64,000 nt of DNA, taken from Protoeuglena noctilucae (taxonomy: Eukaryota). Every line of letters starts with the position of its first letter. Position 1 is the first letter of the stretch. Below the pieces are notes generated by a model that had not been told where the DNA came from, searched no databases, and saw only the letters and a program-made list of their open reading frames with translations. A program made the translations under genes and the position numbers. Location: NCBI GenBank assembly GCA_958009085.1, contig OY253669.1, forward strand, positions 930,001 through 994,000, written 5' to 3'. Shown here in pieces: positions 1 through 12,521 of the stretch.

Positions 1-408
1 CGAGCTCCGCGGCCGCGTGTCCATGGTCCGCGAGCTTCACGTGTACGGCTCGGCGGTGGCGGTGCACGCGCGGGACGACACCAAATTCCAGCACCAGGGG
101 TATGGGACGCTGCTCATGGCAGAGGCCGAGCGCATCGCCAGGCACGAGCACCGCTCCACCAAGGTCGCCGTCATCTCCGGCGTGGGGACGCGGCATTACT
201 ACAGGTGAGACGCAGGCGGGATCAGCCTGGCAGTTACCACCGCGCGCGGGTGACTGCCCTGCCAGCAAGCGTTGTCCCTTTGGCACCACCCCCTCGCAGG
301 AAACTCGGGTACGAGCTGGAGGGGCCCTACATGGTCAAGCACCTGGGAGAGGAGCCCGTGTCGCGGCGGAGGCGCACCGCGCCTGCGGCTGTCAGGCGCA
401 GCTTGTAG
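1..408 (+). CDS. ELP3: Elongator complex protein 3, 3' end (partial; exons <1-204 and 300-408)
   Basis: C-terminal acetyltransferase motifs RELHVYG...[18 protein letters not shown]...[28 protein letters not shown] intron 205-299 joins them in frame. Confidence 0.95.
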   Translation, partial: RAPRPRVHGPRASRVRLGGGGARAGRHQIPAPGVWDAAHGRGRAHRQARAPLHQGRRHLRRGDAALLQVRRRRDQPGSYHRARVTALPASVVPLAPPPRRKLGYELEGPYMVKHLGEEPVSRRRRTAPAAVRRSL

Positions 409-668
409 TCCGTTGTCGATGTTGCGCAGTTCAAGGAGTCCGCGCCATTACTCGGCAGGAAGCTGGGACGATGGTGAAGAGTCGATGGGTACACACGAGG
501 CTACACAAGACAGGCTACTTGAGCTTAGAGGCGCACATCATGCGCCGTCCAGGCCCATCCCCGGATTCGCCTGCGATGGCCGAGGGCAGGAGGGATGAGG
601 CGGGGAGCCAGCGCGCGCGCCGGGAGCGCACGTTGCGCCGCGAGTAGCGCGTCGCCCGCGGCCGCACC

Positions 669-1593
669 TCAGAGGGAGAGACCGGACTCGTCCGTGGAGT
701 CGCCCCCGAGGTCCTTCTGGGAGTTGTAGTAGAGCGCCCAGATGAGCCCAAAGACGAAGATGAACGCGAAGGCCTCGGCCGAGTTGTCCACGCCCAGGAC
801 CTTGCCCGTCCCGTCGCCGTTAAGGCGCTCGTCCACCAGAGCAAGCGCGGGGTGCGCCTGCACGAGGGCCGTCACGGCCGCAGCGACGGCCGCGAAGTCC
901 CGCTTGGCCACAGCCGCCACTGCGAGCACGCGAACATCTCAGATCGCGGGGCCTTCCCGCGCCCCGGCGGCCCCCGCTGTGGGCGCGAGCGCGGCAGGGA
1001 TCTCCCGCGATGCGCGAGGCCCCCGCGGCGTCGCGGCCGGATCCGCGCGCCGGGATGGATGCAATCATTGCAATCAATCCGTCCAATGACCCCCGAAGAC
1101 CCCCGAGCTCCCGCTCGGGGGCCAGGGCGCCGGCCTAGATTCGGATAGAGGACGCACCGGGGGCAGCACGGACGGTGCGGGCACCTGCGAGGGGCGGAAA
1201 GGGGGGATGCGGTGTCGGAAGCGATCGGAGAAGAGCACTGGAGGACCCGCGACGGGACGCGCGCGCGCAGGGGGGGCCCCAAAGGGGGGAGGGATTCGAG
1301 CCCGACGCCGCGACAGATCGGCGTCCGGGGGACACGACGGGGGTCGCAGGCGCTTCGAGCGGTGGGAAGATATCAAGATGTGAGGCGGCCGCAGCGGAGA
1401 AGGCTCCGCGACGCCTGGGCGCGACATCTGAGCCCCCTCTTGCTGCTGACCCGTGCCCCGGGGTTCGCCGGGGCGACGATGCCCCTCATCGCACGTGAAT
1501 GGACCGATTCGATCGGCGGGAGCATCGCTGGCCCTCACCCTTGAGGACGGAGGCCCGGACGGCCACCGAAGTCGTCGCGCACGCGGCCTGCAT
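669..1593 (-). CDS. PSBW: Photosystem II subunit W precursor (exons 1593-1539, 1184-1158, 919-669; 110 aa)
   Basis: Spliced product MQAACATTSVAVRASVLKGARTVRAAPVAAVAK...AHPALA-LVDERLNGDGTG...FGLIWALY...DESGLSL: bipartite transit peptide, A-x-A cleavage site, PsbW mature N-terminus and TM helix; phases of both GT-AG introns match. Confidence 0.92.
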
Positions 1594-2025
1594 GGTGACT
1601 AGCACTCGAGAGGACGAGAGATACCTCCGAAGATCAAGGACTGCACACCGTGCGCCCGGCAGCGCGAGCGTGTGAGATGCGCGGGGAGGTTGGGGAATAC
1701 CCTTGTGCAAGAAAAAGCGAATCGCGTCCCGCGAGGATTTGTGGAGATCTTGCGCACGCTCTCAGCCAGTCCGAGCCAGCGGCGCTGCGTCTCAGTCCGA
1801 TCCTGCCCTCTGTTGCACACCGCGCCACGTGCGTGTCGACACCTGCCCCACCCACCTCAGCGGATTGGCGCGCCTCCACCGCCTGCCGCCTGCAAGCCCC
1901 GCAGAGCCGCTGCACGACGCCAGGCGTTCCCCGGGGATTGCGGGAAGGGTAGCGTGAACCAGAGCCGCAGAGCCGAGGCGCTGTTGCGACGGGAGGACCG
2001 TGCATCCATTGACTTGGAAGCCGAC

Positions 2026-2730
2026 ATGTCTGGGGTGAGCGAGTCGGGGCGGGAGCGGGCCCCTGGGTGCTGGGGCGGGAGCACAACTTGCAGGCGCCCC
2101 AAGTCTCGCGATGCGTGAGGCAGGAGAGGCGCCTCGTCCTCGCAGGGTCCTGCATCGGAGCAGGACATCATTCTCAAGTTTCAGGACCTTCAAAACCAGC
2201 TCCATTCCATCCTCCAGAAGGCGAGCTAATTCGAGAGAGGGCGCGAGCCAACAGAAGCAGCGCCGACGCTGCCGGTGGCGATCCCATCCCGCGCTTTCCA
2301 TGACTGACACCCATGTCTTCCTTTCTTCCAGATCGCGGAGCTGGAGGGGGACTTCCATGAGCACGAGCAAGTGCTTGCGACGCTTGAGCCGCTCGATGGG
2401 TCCCGCAAATTCTGCCGGCTCGTTTCGGGCGTCCTGATCGAGCGCACGGTCGCGGAGGTCATTCCGGCCGTGAAGGGGAACCGAGACGTGAGTGAGACGC
2501 GGGCGGCTGGCATCGCGAAGCTGCGAGGCTGCGAGGCTGTCGATCTTGACCTGGGCCGCGCTCCCTCGCTGCAGAACCTGGGCCAGATCATCGCTTCCCT
2601 GAAGAACCAGATGGAGGGGAAGCAGAAGGAGATCGCCGCTTTCCAGACCAAGTACAAGATCACGGTCCGGAGTGGGCCTGCGGGCGATAAGGACGGCGCG
2701 GCCCCGGAGAACAAGGGGGTGTTAGTCTAG
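2026..2730 (+). CDS. PFDN2: Prefoldin subunit 2 (4 exons; intron 2221-2331 is GC-AG)
   Basis: EQDIILKFQDLQ...IAELEGDFHEHEQVLATLEPLDGSRKFCRLVSGVLIERTVAEVIPAV...FQTKYKI...GVLV* matches prefoldin beta subunit 2. Confidence 0.92.
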
Positions 2731-2892
2731 GCCTGCCGATGTACCTCGGCGACTGCGACCGCCTATGGAAGATACACACCAGGCATCTCTAGGCTCGTCA
2801 CACCGGCACTGCCTGCCAGCACCTGTGGGAGCGCCAGCCTCCCAGGTATGAAGACCTACGTGGCAATTCTCCGACACAATAATGTTCCCGCA

Positions 2893-5236
2893 ATGGAGGA
2901 GCAGGGCACAGCAACATTGGATGTTCTCCCGCACACTGTGCTGGCCGAAATCGCCAGCCGCTGCAGCCCCCGCGACGCATGCGCCCTCTCGCTCGTATCG
3001 CGGCCCCTGAGGGCTGCCGTATCCGGCAACGACTACTTCTGGGGCGCATGCGTGTCGCGGCGATGGGGGAAGGGACGAACGCCCCGCGATGGGGACGGAA
3101 GGGAGCCGCGCAATGACTTCCATTCCCGACACTCCCGTGGTGAGCGAGGCGTCATTTATTACAGCGTGCACCCGCTTGCACAGATTACAATCACTACTTT
3201 CTATCGACATCGACATCGTGAGAGAACGTCCCCGCATTCGCAGCGGCGGGGTGGCGTGGCCCTGCGCCCCCAGGGACACTTATATGGGGCGTTCCTCACG
3301 TCCTCGAACCTGGGCGGGAGCGCTTGGCCACTGCCGGGGTCGTGCCGCAAGCGCAGCCAGGGGCCGAGCCGGCCGCTTTCCTGAGGCTCGAGCCGGGTGG
3401 GGCCACCTCGCCTGGCTGCCCGGGGCTGCTGCTGGGCGGCATGGGGCCCCGCCTGCTGCTCTGTTCCCTGCGTGAAGGTGGCGAGTGGGGTCCCGCGTGC
3501 ACCCTGCCGCCGCTGCGGAGCGTGGGGAGAGTTACGGCAGCGTGTGCCCTGATGGACAGGCGCGTCGTTGCCGGCACGGAGGCGGGGAGCGTGCACTGCG
3601 TCGAGAGGCAGGCAGGAGGCGACTGGGCCCGGCCAGGCCTCCTTAGCGGTGGACCCAAGGCCCCCGGGCCTGGGATCAGGGCTCTCGTGCCGCTGGGCCC
3701 AGCTGCAGTGGCGGCAGCGGCTGCGGACGGAACCCTGCGCATCCTGCCCGTGCATCCGCGGAGGCAGGCGGACGGCGCCCCATGCGCAGCGGTGCTCCGA
3801 GGACACCCCACGGGCGTCGCTGCCTGCGCTGGCGTGGGCGCCCAGGGGTGGCCCGGATGGGTGGAGACAGGGGCGGCTGCCCCGGAGCGGATCATGTCTT
3901 TGGACGACGGTGGCATGGCGCTGCTCTGGGACACCCGGCAGGGAGCGGCCGTCACTCGTTGGAAGCCAGCGTGAGCGTTGCGGCTGGAGCAGAGCCTGTT
4001 TCCAGACTCGCAAGCGCCAGAGCGGCATGCATGTGTTCATTGGCTGCTCGCAGGGCGCAGGCACGGGCTGTGTATGGCGGTCTCCTGGTGGGGGCGGGGG
4101 AGGGTAACGTGACGGTGGCCGTGACAGTCGAGGGCGGGGCGAGGACCGTGGCACAGGCGCTGGACGCGCGGGACAGGCGCGGGCACGTCCTGATGCAGTG
4201 CCCTGACGCAGCGACGGTCGCGGCCGGGCACGGCTGGAGCCTGGCCCTGGGCGGGGCGGCCGCGGCTCGAGACGGACCGCACGCCGCGTGCGCGGTGTGG
4301 GACCTGCGGGGAGGGTCAAGCGCAGTGGGGCGCGGCGGTCCTCGACTGGTCCTCGAGGTTCCGAAGTGAGAAGAGGCACAAGCAAGCGAGCCATGTGCCC
4401 TTTGCGTGTTGGCAATGTTTGGGTGCTGCAGGTGGCACCTCCGGCATCCACTGATTGCCTTCATTAATGACGCTTTGTCGACCCCAACCCTGCAGGCTCC
4501 CTAGAATGTGTACTGAGCTGTGCATGGATCGACACAAGATCGTTGCGGCGTGCGTGGCGCGGACGGTCAGAGGCGAGCGGCGTCGCAGTCACGCGCTGTC
4601 GCAGCCCAGGAAGTTGCCGCACTTCACACATAAGCCCTTGCTCTTCTCCCCAGCGCTGCGGAGTCCTCGTGGGGTTGTGTGCGTATGGGGACCCGAGACC
4701 GGGCGCCTGCGCCACTGCCTGCCCACGCTGCCAGCCGACACGATCAGGCAGATGGGTGGGGACGGGGCGAGTACGTCACCAGCGGGGCAAGAGATAGGGG
4801 CTCCCTCGGGGGTGCAGGGCGTGGAGGAGGAGGCAGCACCGGTACCTGAATGGGCGCTGCTGTGGCCCAGGAGCAGAGACGTCGAGGAGAGGCTGGGTTT
4901 GACACCAGAGGAGCACGCTGTGAGCTTGTCCGAGACTCCCATGGCACTGGCCGCACACGGCCCGGTCATCGCTTGCGCCACGGCTCACGGCGCGGTGACG
5001 GCGTGGAATTTCGACGAGTGCGTCAGGCAGACGGGGCCGCTGGAGGTGAGGCGCAGGCGTGCGTGTGGTGGGGCTGTGCTTTGTGCCGCACCGTACGCGC
5101 AAGACATCGCTGCGAGCACCGCCTTTCGCAGGGCTCTTCGTATTACGAGAGCAGCGACGGCGAGGGGGACGACGTCGATGCAGGCGAGGCGGGGTGGACA
5201 CGTTTCTGGAGGGCCAGCGACACGCCAGTCGATTGA
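2893..5236 (+). CDS. F-box / WD40-like repeat protein (multi-exon, 3' exon boundaries approximate)
   Basis: N-terminal F-box LDVLPHTVLAEIASRCSPRDACALSLVSR; intron 3140-3273 joins it in frame to degenerate WD repeats (VLRGHPTGV...DDGGMALLWD, AVWDLR, VCVWGPETG, VTAWNF). Confidence 0.75.
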
Positions 5237-5354
5237 AACGCCGGGCTGGTGACCCGGTTGCGTAAAGTGTGTTGGAGTCCGAACTGCCGCTAGTCGTAGA
5301 AACCATATGCTAGGATGGTGGATCGCCTGCTCTGCTCCTAGCCCTCCTGTCTCT

Positions 5355-7519
5355 CTAAAAGATGACCAGTCGTCGGAACATGGGGACGACGACGGGCTCC
5401 ATGACGAGCCGCGTGGAGAAATAGAAGATGACACCCTGCGCATGGAACGACGTGCGGGTATCAGAAAACCGTGTGCTCCTCAGCGAAAGCAGGAGACAGG
5501 CACGGCGGACTTGCGGGAACGGCATGCATCGGGCTGCAGCAGCTCACCAGGGCGATGGAGATGGGCAGGGCCGGGAGGGCTTTCCGCGAGATGGCCAGGA
5601 GCATGAGGGTCGCCACCAGACCGGCAATGACGGCCAGGTACGCCGCATAGACGGTCATCATGTCGAAAGCCGCGGCTCGGCCCACCTGCGGGGGAGGTGT
5701 TAACGCAGGTGGACCCTCGCATGCGTGAGCGTCTCACTGCGACCCCTGCCATGCGGCGATCCTGAAACAGGGCACCAGCAGGCACCGACACACGCAGCTG
5801 TTGCAAACGGGTGCCCGGGGGCTAGCGCCTCACCAGCATGCTGTAGAAAATGAAGTCTCCCAGCCCCAGCTTGAGCCCCGAGTCCCCCTCCTCCTCCTCC
5901 TCCTCGCCCGCCCTCGGTGCCCCGGGCGCGCCTCCGTTGCTGGCACCTCCGTTACTGGCGCCTACCCCGTTGGCCGGACTCGCCCCCACAGGTGGCCGGC
6001 TACGCGCAGGCGCACTCGCCGCAGCGGACGCCGGCTCCCGTGACTGTGGCGGCGATGCAAAGACCGCACGTGAGCGTCGCCACGAGTGCGTTTCGCGAGC
6101 AGCGCGTTGGATGGTGCCGCGCACCCACACACGTCCCACCGCTCACCTCCCCCACAGGCCCCGCGCCCGACTGGCTCCGCGTCTCCCGCGGGTCATCTCG
6201 TAAGGCGCCGATCGCAGAGGCCTCCGCGCCCGTGTGGCTCGCGCGGGGCTGCCCATGACCGAGGCGCGACGCCCCCACGGCCGCCACGGGCGCCCCCCTC
6301 ACGTCCCGCACCGACACGGCGCTGTCGCTCCCCGGGCCGGGCGCCGGCGCCTCGACGTCGCCCCCGTTGCGCGCCCCGTCCGCGCCGCCCCTCCGGCCGT
6401 GGCGCACCGTCCAGGCCTGGCTGTCCGACTGCACGGCGCGCGACTCGTAGACGAGCCCGGGCGGCAGCCCGTGCGACGCCAGCGCCTCCTCGACTAAGTG
6501 CCGCAGCGGCCCCCGCTTGTGCAGCACGGCGTACAGGTCATACAGCGCCATGACCCCAAGGAGGACCCAGGCGGTCCAGGAGGGCACGCGCGTGAAAATC
6601 CATGCCACGCAGATGCCGATGACGACCGTGTAGCCCTGGCGGACCTGTACGGGACACGCGAGGGGGCGAGGTGGAGGGAGCATGGGCACTTGCCAGCCAG
6701 GAGGTCGATCCGACACGCACGTGGCAGGGCGCGGACAGGAAGGCATGGAAGCCCAGCTCGGTGCCGATCAGACGCGCACGCAGCGAGAGAAGAGTTCCAA
6801 CATCGGCGCTGTGTCATCTCTCTCGAGGCAGGGGCGCGCGGGGCTCACCGTGAGGGGCAGGGGGACAAAGTCAAGCATCCCTGCGACCCCAATAGCCGCG
6901 AAATTGTAGAGGAGGAGGACAAGGGATATCAGGTCCCACGTCCAGTCAAACCGGTGCGTGAGCTTGATCAGTATCAGCCCTGTGGAGGTTCAGGCAAGGC
7001 AGCTCGTCACGCCCGGCAGGCCGACGCCTGAGCCGAGCAGACACAGCCCGGCGAGGCGCTCTCACCGACGATGAGGAAGAAGACGTCAAACATGACGAGC
7101 GCCATGTAGCCCCGGATGACCTTGAAGCACTTGAGCTTGTACAGGATGAGGAGGACGACTGCAGGGAGCGAGAAGTGGGGCGCTGGTACAAGTCGAGGCA
7201 GAGGGGGCACCAACGACGGCGCCGTCGTGCGAGCGCTGCGTCGGCCGTCACCGGTGAAGGCGGTGATGATGGCGACGAAGATGAGGGCGTTGACGAGCGC
7301 CCCGGAGGCCTTTCGCTTGGTGGAGTCGGTGCTGCGCTCCTTGTACGCGATGGTCGCGGCCGTGCTCGTGCTCGTCTGCGACCCCGTCGGGTCCAGCGTC
7401 CGGACCAGCGCCACGACGGCGGCGATGCAGATGGTGACGGGCGCCATGATGCCAATTACCTCCTCCCCCAGGCGGTCCAGGACACCTGGCACGCGCCGGA
7501 ACTTGGACCGGAACCGCAT
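5355..7519 (-). CDS. PSEN: Presenilin (gamma-secretase catalytic subunit), multi-exon
   Basis: Catalytic MALYDLYAV and KLGLGDFIFYS, ALPALPISI motif, plant-like N-terminus VLDRLGEEVIGIMAPVTIC and C-terminus GVIFYFSTRLVMEP...VIF*. Confidence 0.95.
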
Positions 7520-7545
7520 CCTGTCCGCGAGCGAGGCCCGCGGCA

Positions 7546-7836
7546 CTACTCCGGTGCACTCCGCGGGTCCGGCGCCTGGCCAGGGCCGAGCTGAGGGCTG
7601 CCTCCGTCCGCCCCGGGGCGCAGGGCATCCGCCAGCAGCTCCTCCGCGATGATTGTCAGCGCCAGCAGCGCCTCCGGGGTCAGGGACTGGATGACCCGCT
7701 TCTTCCGCGCGCGCTCCGCTGCAATTTCCGAGCCCAGGCCCTGGATACGCGCCCCCAGGTCGTGCGTGGAGCCCCTCTGGGGCGCCCCCGCCACCCCGCT
7801 CGATCCGCTGGCCTTCCCACCACGCGGAGCTTCCAT
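7546..7836 (-). CDS. Small intronless 96-aa ORF of unknown function directly upstream of presenilin
   Basis: ATG-to-TAG ORF with G/C-ending codon bias and a helical-looking core EIAAERARKKRVIQSLTPEALLALTIIAEELLADAL. Confidence 0.55.
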   Translation of the reverse strand: MEAPRGGKASGSSGVAGAPQRGSTHDLGARIQGLGSEIAAERARKKRVIQSLTPEALLALTIIAEELLADALRPGADGGSPQLGPGQAPDPRSAPE

Positions 7837-8520
7837 AGATGGTCACGAGGAAAGCTCGCTTTCTCCCACCCGCAGCGCAGGCGGGCGTGTGCAGGTGCGC
7901 CCAGCTGGCGGGGCCCTGGTCTCCCACACTTGGGGCGGCTGCCTTGCGGTCGTAGCTATGCAGGAGAAACACTGGCATCGGCGTGCCCGTCCGAGCGGCT
8001 TCTCGTGCCAGCTAAGCTGGGTACGTGCCCTCGCCCGAAACGTCTGCCAGTTGGAGCGTCGCGGGCCCTATCTGCGCCCATGGCCCGCCGGCAGCGAGAG
8101 AAAGGGATTCGCCGGAACTGACAGTACCGTACCGAGCCAGGTATGTGGCCGCGCGCGCTCGCTCGGCAGCCTTACTCGCTGCCGGCCATCGATGCGCCGC
8201 GCGCGATCCCTCCTCGACGTCGCTTGAACCATCCTGCGATGAAATCGCCGCCGGCGAGGCTTCTACGCGCCCCCATCGGCTCGGGAGCGCCGACCCCCGT
8301 CGTTGGCGTTCCGGGACGGCCCTGCGCCCGGAGGAGCCAGCGGGAGCGCGCTCGTCGCGTCCACTGCGCTGTATGGACCTCCTTCGTCCGGTCCCCGCCG
8401 CAGGAGACTCCGCATACGCGCGAGCCGTTTGCCGTCTGGCTGTCCGCGCCCCCGAGCCCCCCGCGCCTCGCCACCCGGCGCCTGCCCCCGCCGAGCGCGG
8501 AAGGGACGCAAGAGCGCGCC

Positions 8521-10568
8521 ATGAGCGCGTCCAGGAAGCTCCCGTCGTCCAAGGACGACGCGCCCTACATGACGACCAACTCGGGCGCGCCCGTCTTCAA
8601 CAACCAGAGCTCCTTCACCGTCGGCGACAGGTGCGTTCGGCCCTGCTGCTGCCTCGCCGTCGAAGCGCTGCCTGCCTGCCCGCCCCCTCGCTCCGCGCGC
8701 CCGGCCTGCGCAGGGTCGTCCTGACCCTGCTTGTGGTCGCCTTCGCAGGGGCCCCGTGCTGCTGGAGGACTACCATCTGATCGAGAAGATCGCCCAGTTC
8801 GACAGGGAGCGCATCCCCGAGCGCGTGGTGCACGCGCGGGGCGCTTCCGCGAAGGGATTCTTCGAGGCGAGCCGCTGAGCCCACAGCAGACGTGGACGAG
8901 GCTTCTGCCGTCGCAATCCGCTTCCTTCGGGCTGGGGCCTCGCTCCTCCGGTTTCGCTTATGCCAGTTTCACTTCCCCATCGCCACTCTCGCGTCCGTCC
9001 CCGCGCAGGTGACGCACGACATCTCCAACCTGACGGCCGCGGACCTCTTCCGCGCCCCCGGCGTCCAGACCCCCGTCATCGTGCGCTTCTCGACCGTCAT
9101 CCACGAGCGCGGCTCCCCTGAGACCCTGCGCGACCCCCGCGGGTTCGCGGTCAAGGTGAGCGCCATGACGGGCGCTGTGACGTGCCCCTGCACCTGCCGC
9201 TGGCCGCCCAACACGGCAACCCCCGCGCTGCCCGCAGTTCTACACGCGCGAGGGCAACTGGGACCTGGTCGGCAACAACCTGCCGGTGAGTGCCGGAGCT
9301 GTCTGGCCGACCACGGCCGGAACCGTGTCTCTGGCCGGTGGTGCCTGCAGCTGTCTGACAGAGAGCCTCTCTCTCCGCTGCCCCGCAGGTCTTCTTCATT
9401 CGCGACGGCATGAAGTTTCCGGACATGGTCCATGCGCTGAAGCCCAACCCGCGCACCAACATCCAGGAGGGGTGGCGGATGGCGGACTTCTTCAGCCACC
9501 ACCCCGAGTCGTGCCACATGATGACGTGGCTGCACGACGACCTGGGCATCCCGAGCGACTACCGCCACATGGACGGCTTCGGCGTGCACACGTACAAGCT
9601 CGTGGCGCGCGACGGCCGCGAGACGCTCGTCAAGTTCCACTGGAAGACGCGGCAGGGCCTGAAGTGCCTGGTGGGCGACGAGCCGGCTCTCGTGGGCGGG
9701 CGCAACCACTCGCACGCGACCCAGGACCTGTACGACGCGATTGAGCGCGGGGAGTACCCCGAGTGGACGCTGTGCCTCCAGCTCATGGACCCCCGGGACG
9801 AGGACAAGTACGACTTCGACCCGCTCGACCCCACCAAGACGTGGCCCGAGGACCAGTTCCCGCTGCAGCCCGTCGGCCGCATGGTCCTCAACCAGAACCC
9901 CGACAACTTCTTTGCCGAGAACGAGCAGCTCGCCTTCTGCCCGTCCCTCGTCGTCCCCGGCATCACCTACTCGGACGACAAGCTCCTCCAGTCGCGCCTC
10001 TTCTCGTACGCCGACACCCAGCGCTACCGGCTCGGGCCTAACTACCTCATGCTCCCCGCCAACGCCCCCAAGTGCCCCTTCCACAACAACCACCACGAGG
10101 GGCCCATGAACTTCATGCACCGCGAGGGCGAGGTCAACTACTTCCCCTCCCGCGTCGACCAGACCAAGCACGCCCAGGAGTACCCGGTCAGCCAGGCGCG
10201 GCTAGAGGGGCCCCGCTCCAAGGCCATCATCCGCAAGGAGAACAACTTCAAGCAGGCCGGCGACAGGTGGAGGTCCTTCGATCGCGCGCGCCAGCAGCGC
10301 TTCGTCGACAACTTCTGCCAGTGGCTGTGCCACCCCAGGTGAGGCCGGGTGGAGGGTGCGAGATGGCGCAGGCGATAGCGTTGCACAGCGGCAACCTCGG
10401 GCGCCTGACCGACGCCGACCCGCCCGCCCCCGCAGGACGACCCGCGAGGCGCAGCAGGTGTGGGTGGGGTACTGGACCCAGTGCGACCCCGAGCTGGGCC
10501 GCATGATGGGGGCGCGCGTGCAGCAGGCGCAGCAGGCGCACGGGGTGGCGCCCACGGCTGCCATGTAG
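8521..10568 (+). CDS. CAT: Monofunctional heme catalase, plant/algal type (6 exons; intron 8867-9008 is GC-AG)
   Basis: [65 protein letters not shown], heme-ligand motif RLFSYADTQ. Confidence 0.98.
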
Positions 10569-10720
10569 GCGGTTTCTGCGCAGGATGCGGCACCTTTCCG
10601 TTCCGCCATGTGTCGCCTTTGCTTTGCCCTCACGCAGCTTTCGGACGCAGCAGCGCGCCTTGCTTGAACCGTCACATGCGAGATGTTTCAAATGCCCCAG
10701 CTCGCGGGAACAACACACCA

Positions 10721-12521
10721 TCAGATGAGACTTGCCGGCGCGTCCCACTGCGTCTGCCCGTTCGCCGCGTTGTAGTAGTACGGGCGGCCGTCGTCTGTGT
10801 AGTACACCTGCCACCCCGTCGGCGGGTGCGAGGCGGTCGGCGCGTACGACTGGTGGTAGCCCGCGTGCGGCCCTGGCGCGTGCTGTTGCGGGGCGGCAGC
10901 CACGGGAGCGTAGCTGTACTGCGCCGGCGCGGGGCCGCGGAGGGCGTCCACGTTGACTGGCTCGTAGTCCAACGCCTCAATGCGGATCGGGCCGCCCGGG
11001 GCGCTCCGTGCCGAGACGGCCGAGTACGGGTCGTCCCGGTTGCCGCGCCCGCCCATCGATCCCCCGCCTGAGACGGTCGGGATGTCGCCCCAGCTGCTGT
11101 CCACCCGGTCGCCCCCGCCGTGACCCCGCGACCCGCCATTGCTGCTCCTCCTGCAGGGAGCGAGGGGAGTGCGGCGATGGGGCGCATTCAAAACCATCTT
11201 CGCACGCATCCCGCCCGCGCAGCAACGCCCGCGGCGCTCACTCGAAGCCCCCGGAAGCGCTCGGGCCGGGCCTGCGGTTGGCGCTGTGCGACTCGAGCTG
11301 CGCCGTCAGCTTGGACATCCAGTCCGAGGAACCCTGCGGCGCCTTCCGCTCCACCGGCCTGCGGGAGCCGAGGAAGAGCAGGGTCTATTGCAAACCCGCC
11401 TGGCTGGGCGCACCAACCCAATGCCTCACGTCCCCTGCGGCGCGCACCTCGCGGGCGCCGGGCCGCCCTTGATGGCGTTCTCAATGGCCGAAATCCACTC
11501 CACGGCCTCCGTCTCGCTGCTGGTGAGGAAGATGTGCTTGTCCGTGTCGGTCGTGATGCAAATAGAGGTGGACTTCCCTGCAGCACAGGCCAGAGCCAGG
11601 TCGTGCGTGGCGGGGAGCGCGTCAGGGCGCGCCCGGCGGCGCTGCGTCGGGCGTATCTCCGCACCTGTCTCCCGCGACGCGTCCGACACATCGGTGGCCT
11701 TGCTCAGGTTGACGACGCCGCGCGGGCGCGAGGTCGGGTCGATGGTCGCGTTGAGGAAGCGGAACAGGAAGCGGTCCTTCAGCACAAACCTGCGGCGAAT
11801 GATGAAGCGCGGTCTCAGGGAGCCGCGTAGCTGCACAGGCGCAACCCGCGCCCTGCGCCCAGGGCTGCACGCAAGCACCATGGCACGTCGGTCGGCGTGC
11901 CCCTCACCAGCGCTTGCGCCAGGTCTTGATGTGCTCCCCCTGCGACATCAGCCATCCCTCCTTCACCGGGTCCGCCCAGAAACGCACGCCCTGCCCCGAA
12001 TCCCCCACGGGCGCCTTGGCTTCCTTCCGCGGCTGGGGCTCGGGCTCCGAAAGCTCCGCGGCCCTGCAGAGGGGGCCCGACAGCAACGGCATGAGCTCCA
12101 CTCATCCCACGTACCTCTCGCTCGCGCGCGCAGGCCGATGTGCGCCCCCACCGCGGTGGGTCAGCGCACCCTCGGGCCCCGGAGGCCTGAGCCACCCATC
12201 GGCCGCGACTCACTGGACGCAGCACGAGACAAGGGTGTCGAGCAGCTCCGACATGACCCTCGCGTTCCCTGTGAGGACGATTTCGCCCGCGCTCCCTCCC
12301 TCGGGGCGTTTGAGGTCCAGGGTCAGCACGGCACCCCGCAGATCCCACTTGTCAATGTTTTTCAAGCCCACTTCCTTCAGGGCGTGCGAGCCGGAGGGCG
12401 TCAGCAGCTTGAAGCCCGAGAGGCCGACCTCCACGACGATCTTGTCCGAGCTAGCCCCGTCCTGGCCCACCAGGTGAACGTTCTCGAACCTGTCGGTCCG
12501 CCCGCCCATGAGGTGGGCCAT
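10721..12521 (-). CDS. Protein with N-terminal FREE1-type PH-like domain, central PH domain and C-terminal WW domain
   Basis: PH: KEGWLMSQGEHIKTWRKRWFVLK...PRGVVNLS...EAVEWISAIENA; WW: PTGWQVYYTDDGRPYYYNAANGQTQWDAP; N-terminal VEVGLSGFKLL...ELLDTLVSCCVQ. Confidence 0.8.

Noticed and set aside
2730..2893. PFDN2 to F-box gene gap of about 160 nt on the same strand as a possible bicistron
   Set aside because: The gap contains several ATGs and could hold short UTRs; not supportable without transcript data
8969..10171. Long antisense or alternate-frame ORFs (e.g. 8969-10171 opposite catalase, 30101-31873 opposite myosin, 60016-61038 opposite SEC31)
   Set aside because: Expected shadows of high-GC3 coding sequence; no recognisable protein features
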